Source of the DNA: Chloroflexota bacterium
Lineage (GTDB): Bacteria; Chloroflexota; UBA11872; UBA12225
Length of the DNA: 64,000 bases
Assembly (NCBI GenBank): GCA_030447525.1
Contig: JAUJOR010000010.1
Span: 141,113 to 205,112, forward strand
Direction: 5' to 3'
The number at the start of each line of letters is the position of its first letter. Positions within the stretch are counted from its first letter, which is position 1. The translations under genes were made by a program, and so were the position numbers. The notes beneath the pieces were generated by a model that worked only from the letters and a program-made list of their open reading frames with translations, was not told the DNA's origin and made no database searches. Shown one piece after another: positions 58,958 to 64,000 of this stretch.

Positions 58958-60073
58958 TCAGGCTCCCGCGCCGCCGGCGAGCAGGCGCTTGATCAGGTGC
59001 TCGCGCCACGGGACGCCCAGGCCGGGCTCGTCCGACAGCGTCATGTGGCCGTCCGCGACGGCGGGCGGATCGTACAGGTCGTTGGAGTGGTCCTGCTCCA
59101 GCCGGGGCCGGTACTCCACGATCAGGGAGTTGGCAACGGCGGCCACGCAGTTCGCTCCCGAGTACACGTTGCCGTGCGGCGCCATCGGCAGGTGGTACGC
59201 CGAGGCAAACGCTGCGATCTTGAGCCACTCGGTGATGCCGCCGCAGGTGCGGGGGTCGTCTTGGACGATGTCCACGCCCTGCGCGCCGATCAGGTCGCGG
59301 AAGCCCCAGCGCGTGAACTCGTTCTCGCCGCTGGCCACCGGGATGTCCAGCGCGGCGCACAGGGCCGCCTGGCCGCGGTAGTCGTCGGGCTTGATCGGCT
59401 CCTCGAACCAGTACGGCTCGTAGCGCTCGATCATCCGGGCGAAGCGCAGGGCGGTGGTGAAGTCCCACGCGTTGTTCGCGTCGACCATCACGTCCACGTC
59501 TGGTCCCACGGCCTCGCGCACCACCCGCACCCGCTCGGCGTCCTGCTGCAGGCCCGCTCCCGGCCAGCCGACCTTCATCTTCACCGCGCGGTAGCCGGCG
59601 TCGAGGATGCCCTCCATCTCAGTGGCCAGCTCACGCAGGCCCTTGTCCTCGCCATAGTAGCCTCCGGCGCCGTAGATGGGCAGCCGGTTGCGGTGGCCGC
59701 CCAGCAGCTTCCAGACGGGCTGGCCCAGCGCCTTGCCCCGCAGGTCCCAGAGCGCGACGTCCAGCTTGCCGAGAGAGGAGATGTACTCCCCCTTCGCCAC
59801 GGGCTTGCGGTTGTGGGCGTACAGGCGGTCCCAGCACGCCTCGGCGTTGAGCGGATCCTGCCCGATCAGCAGGTCGCGCAGACGGCCCAACACGGTGGCG
59901 TCGGCCTCGAAGCCGTAGCCGGTCACCCCCTCGTCGGTGCGCACCTCCAGCCGCGTGCCGAAACGCGGGCTCGACCCGTCAGAACGCTCCTGATGGACGA
60001 TCGAGTTCCAGGTAGGGGCAATCGTCTGCGGCGGAAGCGGGACGCGCGTCGCTGTGATGTCCGTGATCTTCAT
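58958..60073 (-). CDS. Enolase-superfamily enzyme (mandelate racemase / muconate lactonizing family; sugar-acid dehydratase-like), intact
   Basis: 371 aa with KMKVGWPG, the metal ligands DANNAW...EEP...D, and the C-terminal PHGNV...LIVEY. Confidence 0.75.
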   Translation of the reverse strand: MKITDITATRVPLPPQTIAPTWNSIVHQERSDGSSPRFGTRLEVRTDEGVTGYGFEADATVLGRLRDLLIGQDPLNAEACWDRLYAHNRKPVAKGEYISSLGKLDVALWDLRGKALGQPVWKLLGGHRNRLPIYGAGGYYGEDKGLRELATEMEGILDAGYRAVKMKVGWPGAGLQQDAERVRVVREAVGPDVDVMVDANNAWDFTTALRFARMIERYEPYWFEEPIKPDDYRGQAALCAALDIPVASGENEFTRWGFRDLIGAQGVDIVQDDPRTCGGITEWLKIAAFASAYHLPMAPHGNVYSGANCVAAVANSLIVEYRPRLEQDHSNDLYDPPAVADGHMTLSDEPGLGVPWREHLIKRLLAGGAGA

Positions 60074-60297
60074 GCCGTCCTCTCCCTCTCACGCTGGCAC
60101 TCTGGCAGGTACTCGACCCGGGCGCCGATCCACAGGCCGCGGCAGCTCGGCGAAGGGACGGCTCACGACACGCTGGCGTGAGGTGCTTCCCTCCTGGACG
60201 ACTAGGCCCGCCGTGCTGGGCGGTCGGCGCGAACACCTCGCGCATGCCGGGGACGCGGTGTGGGTGTCCGTCATCGCCGTCGCCGTCCTGGTGGCCA

Positions 60298-61803
60298 TTA
60301 CGCTCCTCTCGCCTGTTCCCGCGCCGGCAGCTCCGGCAGCGCCAGCGCGTCGTTCGTGGCCCGCTGCCAGGCGCGCAGGCGGTCGAGCAGGTCCGTGGCG
60401 ATCCCCGCATTGCCGGCGTCGTGGAAGGCGTTGTGCAGCTCGCCCGGGTCGGCGACCAGGTCGTAGAGCTCGAACTCGCGCGTGGCGTGGACGTTGAGCT
60501 TCCAGCGCCCGCGGCGGATGGTGCGGGCGTCCACCGACCGCAGCTTCGTCTCCGCGTCGCGCGTGGTGTTCACCTCGCCGCTGCCGGCGATCTGGCGCGG
60601 CAGTCCGTTCCACTCGATCACCACCTCGGCCTCGTCGGGCGCCGTGTCCCCCCCGGCGAGCAGCGGGACGAGGCTGCTGCCCTGCACGTGCTCCGGCTCC
60701 GGCTGTTCCAGCAGCTCGAGCAGCGTGGGCGTCAGGTGGACCTGGCTCACCGGCGTCGTGATGCGCCTGAGAGCCAGGCCTGGCGCGCGCACGATCAAGG
60801 GCACGTGGGTGGCGCCCTCGTACGGCACGCTCTTCTGGAGCAGGCGGTGCTCCCCCATCATGTCGCCGTGGTCGGTGCTGTACACCACGACGGTGTCATC
60901 CGCCAGTCCGAGCGCTTCCAGCCGGTCCAGGATCTGGCCGACGTACTTGTCCACCAGCGTGCAGGAGCCCCAGTAGCGAGCCTTGAGCGCCTTCCAACCG
61001 CGCTCGTCGTCGGTGGAGACCTGCGGGTTGTCGCCGGCGTAGGCCTGGCGGCGCTGGCGGTAGCGTGCCGGCACCGTCTGCTCCATCTCGCGGTACCAGG
61101 ACTCGGGCAGCGGCACGTCCTCCGGCCGGTAGAGGCTATCGAACGGGCTGAAGTAGGGCGGGTGCGGCTCCAGGAAGTTGACCATCAGCAGGAAGGGGCG
61201 CTTGCGGTCGGCGGCGCGCTCGTCCAGGAAGCGGGCGCACTCCGCTGCCTGAAACGCCGGCTTTCCCGCCTCTTCCGGCAGGCGTGCTTCAGTGGGCCGG
61301 CTGAATACCCTGGCGCCGTCACGCGCCTCGTCGGGTGGCTCGTAGCCGCGCGAGACCAGGAAGTGGTGGTAGTCGCTGAACCCCTCGACGGCGCGGTCGC
61401 GCGTGTAGGTGTCCTCGGTACTCACCCAGAAGTCGAAGCCGTGCGTATTGAGCGCCGGCCGGCCCAGCTCGTTCCCCAGATGCCACTTGCCGACGTAGCC
61501 GCACGTGTAGCCGGCGGGCCGCAGCAGCTCGGCCAGTGTCGGCATCTCCGCGGACAGCGGGATGTTGTTCTGCAGCACGCCGTGGGTGTGCGGGTAGAGG
61601 CCGGTCAGCACCGAGGCGCGCGAGGGGCTGCACACCGGCTGGGTGCAGTACGCCTGCTCGAACAGCGCGCCGCCGGCGGCCAGCCGATCGACGTTGGGCG
61701 TGCGCGGCCCGCTGGCGCCCGCCGAGCTGCGGTACGCGCCGATCGTGTCGGGGCGCTGCTGGTCGGTCCAGATGAAGAGGACGTGCTTGGGTGGTTGAGT
61801 CAT
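60298..61803 (-). CDS. Sulfatase
   Basis: It has VLFIWTDQQRPD, QPVCSPSRASVLTG (CxPxR) and VVYSTDHGDMMGEH. Confidence 0.85.
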   Translation of the reverse strand: MTQPPKHVLFIWTDQQRPDTIGAYRSSAGASGPRTPNVDRLAAGGALFEQAYCTQPVCSPSRASVLTGLYPHTHGVLQNNIPLSAEMPTLAELLRPAGYTCGYVGKWHLGNELGRPALNTHGFDFWVSTEDTYTRDRAVEGFSDYHHFLVSRGYEPPDEARDGARVFSRPTEARLPEEAGKPAFQAAECARFLDERAADRKRPFLLMVNFLEPHPPYFSPFDSLYRPEDVPLPESWYREMEQTVPARYRQRRQAYAGDNPQVSTDDERGWKALKARYWGSCTLVDKYVGQILDRLEALGLADDTVVVYSTDHGDMMGEHRLLQKSVPYEGATHVPLIVRAPGLALRRITTPVSQVHLTPTLLELLEQPEPEHVQGSSLVPLLAGGDTAPDEAEVVIEWNGLPRQIAGSGEVNTTRDAETKLRSVDARTIRRGRWKLNVHATREFELYDLVADPGELHNAFHDAGNAGIATDLLDRLRAWQRATNDALALPELPAREQARGA

Positions 61804-61908
61804 GCGGTCGGGCGCTCCTGCGGGCGTGGTCAGGCGAGCGGTCGTGGTCGGGGCACGTGATGGGGACTACACGGGTGTGGGGCTGTCTCTTAGCAGACAC
61901 ACTACCAC

Positions 61909-62021
61909 CGGCTTGATCTATCAGGCGACGGCCGAGGCGGGCTCCTGGCGCCTGAAGGCGAACTCGGCTTGATCTTGCCGGCGACGGCAGCGGCGGTCTC
62001 CTGGCGCCAGAAGGCGAACTC
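61909..62021. repeat. Two tandem copies of an imperfect 56-bp unit (about 85% identical)
   Basis: GGCTTGATCTATCAGGCGACGGCCGAGGCGGGCTCCTGGCGCCTGAAGGCGAACTC is followed by GGCTTGATCTTGCCGGCGACGGCAGCGGCGGTCTCCTGGCGCCAGAAGGCGAACTC. Confidence 0.7.
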
Positions 62022-62808
62022 CGGCGTGTTGTTGACCACCGGCGGGACGAGGAACAGGTTCCGGCCGGCTGGGGTGCCGTCGTCCGGAGCGTCTTCCGCG
62101 GCCCGGGCGTACACGAGCGGACCGTTGAGCGCGAGCACGCCGGCCTGCGCCAGCCGCGGCAGGCCGGCGGCGGTAGTGCCCGGCCAGCCGCTCGGCGGTC
62201 CAGCGGGCGCCGGCGTCGCCGGAGCCGATGTGCTCGTGGTAGAGCACGTCGAACGGCACGTGGTCTCCGGCCAGGGCGGCGTAGCAGCCGCGGAACTCGT
62301 GGACCCACTGCCGCGTCCCCTGCAGCCCGGGGGACTGCCCCTCGTGGGCCAGCCACTCGAAGATGGGCCGCGAGTAGACGACGGCGACCTGAGCGGCCGA
62401 CTCCACGTCGCGGTAGTACGACTCGTGCCGGGCCAGAAAGCGGTACGTCTCCTGGAGGGCCGGCAGCGCGCGCGTGTCGTCCTGTCCCTGCGCGGTGCCG
62501 GAGAGGGCGATCCACGGCTGGCCGCCGCCGGCGGCGATCTGCATCACGTCGTAGGCCAGCTGGCCGGGAGGCTGGCCGGAGCGCCGGCTGCCCTGCAGGC
62601 CGAAGTAGCTGAGCAGCACCGTGATCGGCTGGTTGTGCTGGAAGGTGCGCGCCAGCTGGCACTCCTCGCCCGCCCAGTAAGGCCAGTGCGGGTGCGCGTA
62701 CCAGGGCGCCTCCCCGGCGGCGCCGGCCGCTGTTCGAGCGAGCGACGTTTGACCCACGGCGGTCTCCAACTTACCATAGCCGCGGCCCCCGTCGAGCATG
62801 TCCATCAT
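61921..62808 (-). pseudogene. Protein resembling the trimerisation (M) domain of GH42 beta-galactosidases (class-I glutamine-amidotransferase-like fold); frameshifted near 62150 and with a duplicated C-terminal peptide
   Basis: AAQVAVVYSRPIFEWL...GDHVPFDVLYHEH is the GH42-M hallmark. The tail continues in another frame (LALNGPLVYARAAEDAP...PEFAFWRQETAAAVAGKIK). The last codons are repeated by a 56-bp tandem duplication. No catalytic TIM-barrel domain lies upstream. Confidence 0.35.
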
Positions 62809-62835
62809 GTCCGTAGGGAGGATGTGGAGTCGGAC

Positions 62836-64000
62836 ATGGAGCGCGATACAGAGACCATGGACCGGCCCGCGGGCTGGACTCGTGCGGCCGCGAGTCCCAG
62901 AACGCGCCGCGCCCTGCTCGTCGGCGGCGCCGCCAGCGCGTCCCTGGTACTGGCGTCGTGCCAGGCCGGCGGCGCCGGTGCACCGCCCCCGGCGGCGCTG
63001 CAGCCGGCCGAGCTGAGCTTCATGGTCTCGGTCAACCCGCAGGACTTCGGGCACGACCGGGTGGTGGACCAGTTCCAGAAGGCCTTGCCACAGGTGAAGG
63101 TGGAGCTGGTCCACACGCCCCAGAACTACGACCAGAAGTGGGACTCGATGCTGGCGGCCGGGACTCCGGCCGAGGTGACGCAGATCAACGACGACTTCGT
63201 GCCCAGCCACGGACGCAAGGGCCTGCTGCGCGCCCTGGACCCCTACGTGACGCGTGACAAGATCAGAAAGAGCGACTTCTACGACCTGTTCTGGTCGTTC
63301 CCGGTGGCGGACGGGAAGTGGTTCGCCCCGGCGCTGGGGTTCCGGCCGTCGCTGCTGTACGTCAACGTGGACCTGTTCCAGCGCGCCGGTGTCGCCCTGC
63401 CCGCGCAGGACAAGTGGGAGGTGCCCGGCTGGACCTGGGATGACTTCCTGGCCGCCGCGCGCAAGCTGACCGCCGACACCGACGGCGACGGCAAGATCGA
63501 CCAGTGGGGCGCCAGCCTCTACCACGATACGATCTTCGAGTCGCTCTGGTCCTGGAACAACGGTGGCCCGGGGTGGTGGACCGACGACGCGCTGCGCCTC
63601 GGCCTGGCCGAGCCCAAGGCGACCGAGGCAGTGGAGTGGGTGGTCGACCTCACCTGCCGCCACCAGGTGCAGCCCCCCTGGGACGACCTGCGGCAGACGA
63701 ACGCCGCCACCCTCTTCCAGACCGGGAAGCTGGCGATGATGCTGAGCGCCACGCCCAGCGTGCCGACCTTCCGGCAGCGCGCCACGGGCTTCACCTGGGA
63801 CGTGATCCCCTACCCGCGGCGCGCGGCGCGCGTCAGCTCAGGAGGGCTCTCCACCTACTGTATCCCCGCCGGAACGAAGCTGCCCGACCACGGCTGGGCG
63901 TTCCTGAGCTACGCCATCGGCGACGAGGCGCAGAAGGTGTACTCTGGCGGTGGGGGCATGCTCCCGCCCAGGATCCCCCAGGGCAAGCTGTACGTGGAGG
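62836..64000 (+). CDS. ABC transporter sugar-binding protein (Tat-lipoprotein), 3' end outside the window
   Basis: MERDTETMDRPAGWTRAAASPRTRRALLVGGAASASLVLASCQAGG is followed by SBP motifs to the window end. It is not in the ORF track because it has no stop. The long antisense ORFs listed there (61921..63663 and 61319..62662) are Arg/Gly-rich artefacts. Confidence 0.75.
   Translation, partial: MERDTETMDRPAGWTRAAASPRTRRALLVGGAASASLVLASCQAGGAGAPPPAALQPAELSFMVSVNPQDFGHDRVVDQFQKALPQVKVELVHTPQNYDQKWDSMLAAGTPAEVTQINDDFVPSHGRKGLLRALDPYVTRDKIRKSDFYDLFWSFPVADGKWFAPALGFRPSLLYVNVDLFQRAGVALPAQDKWEVPGWTWDDFLAAARKLTADTDGDGKIDQWGASLYHDTIFESLWSWNNGGPGWWTDDALRLGLAEPKATEAVEWVVDLTCRHQVQPPWDDLRQTNAATLFQTGKLAMMLSATPSVPTFRQRATGFTWDVIPYPRRAARVSSGGLSTYCIPAGTKLPDHGWAFLSYAIGDEAQKVYSGGGGMLPPRIPQGKLYVE

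Noticed and set aside
61319-63663. Two long minus-strand ORFs (447 and 580 aa)
   Set aside because: Upstream of 62808 they are antisense to the plus-strand SBP gene starting at 62836 (Arg/Gly-rich junk). Only the 61921-62808 segment carries a real GH42-M-like signal.
1-64000. Search for rRNA, tRNA, CRISPR arrays, integrase or phage genes, and toxin-antitoxin or restriction-modification systems
   Set aside because: No cloverleaf-compatible tRNA-sized conserved segments, no regularly spaced direct repeats, and no integrase, recombinase or phage structural motifs were seen. Mobile DNA here is limited to IS elements and a MITE.

Overview
This is a high-GC (~70%) bacterial chromosomal segment. 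GTG and TTG starts are frequent, and most secreted proteins carry Tat-type lipoprotein signals. The window is dominated by carbohydrate-utilisation genes: four formylglycine-type sulfatases (CxPxR motif), at least 11 ABC-type sugar substrate-binding proteins (SBPs) with almost no permease or ATPase genes, several glycoside-hydrolase-like proteins, an enolase-superfamily dehydratase pair, a Gfo/Idh/MocA oxidoreductase, a malate synthase embedded in a sugar operon, a PL22-like propeller protein, a tandem double epimerase, and a FAD-dependent oxidoreductase. The locus is heavily eroded or rearranged. Two mutually inverted copies of an IS1182-family element (14920-16618 and 27572-29274) bracket an ~11 kb cargo. 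This cargo carries a tightly overlapping GH1-like / DUF362 / DUF1360 / SBP operon, a secreted propeller-spondin protein, an acyl-CoA synthetase and a stand-alone KAS II. A lower-GC IS1595-like element with passenger ORFs sits next to copy B, disrupting an SBP gene. A 154-bp MITE with 18-bp perfect terminal inverted repeats interrupts an enolase-superfamily gene, and exact excision restores the reading frame. At least 15 genes are fragments, chimeras or frameshifted (two-component remnants, two Crp regulators, a CrtI-like fragment, a CPA2 fragment, several SBPs, a MetE-like gene). This is either genuine gene decay or uncorrected G/C-homopolymer indel errors. No rRNA, tRNA or CRISPR array was recognised.
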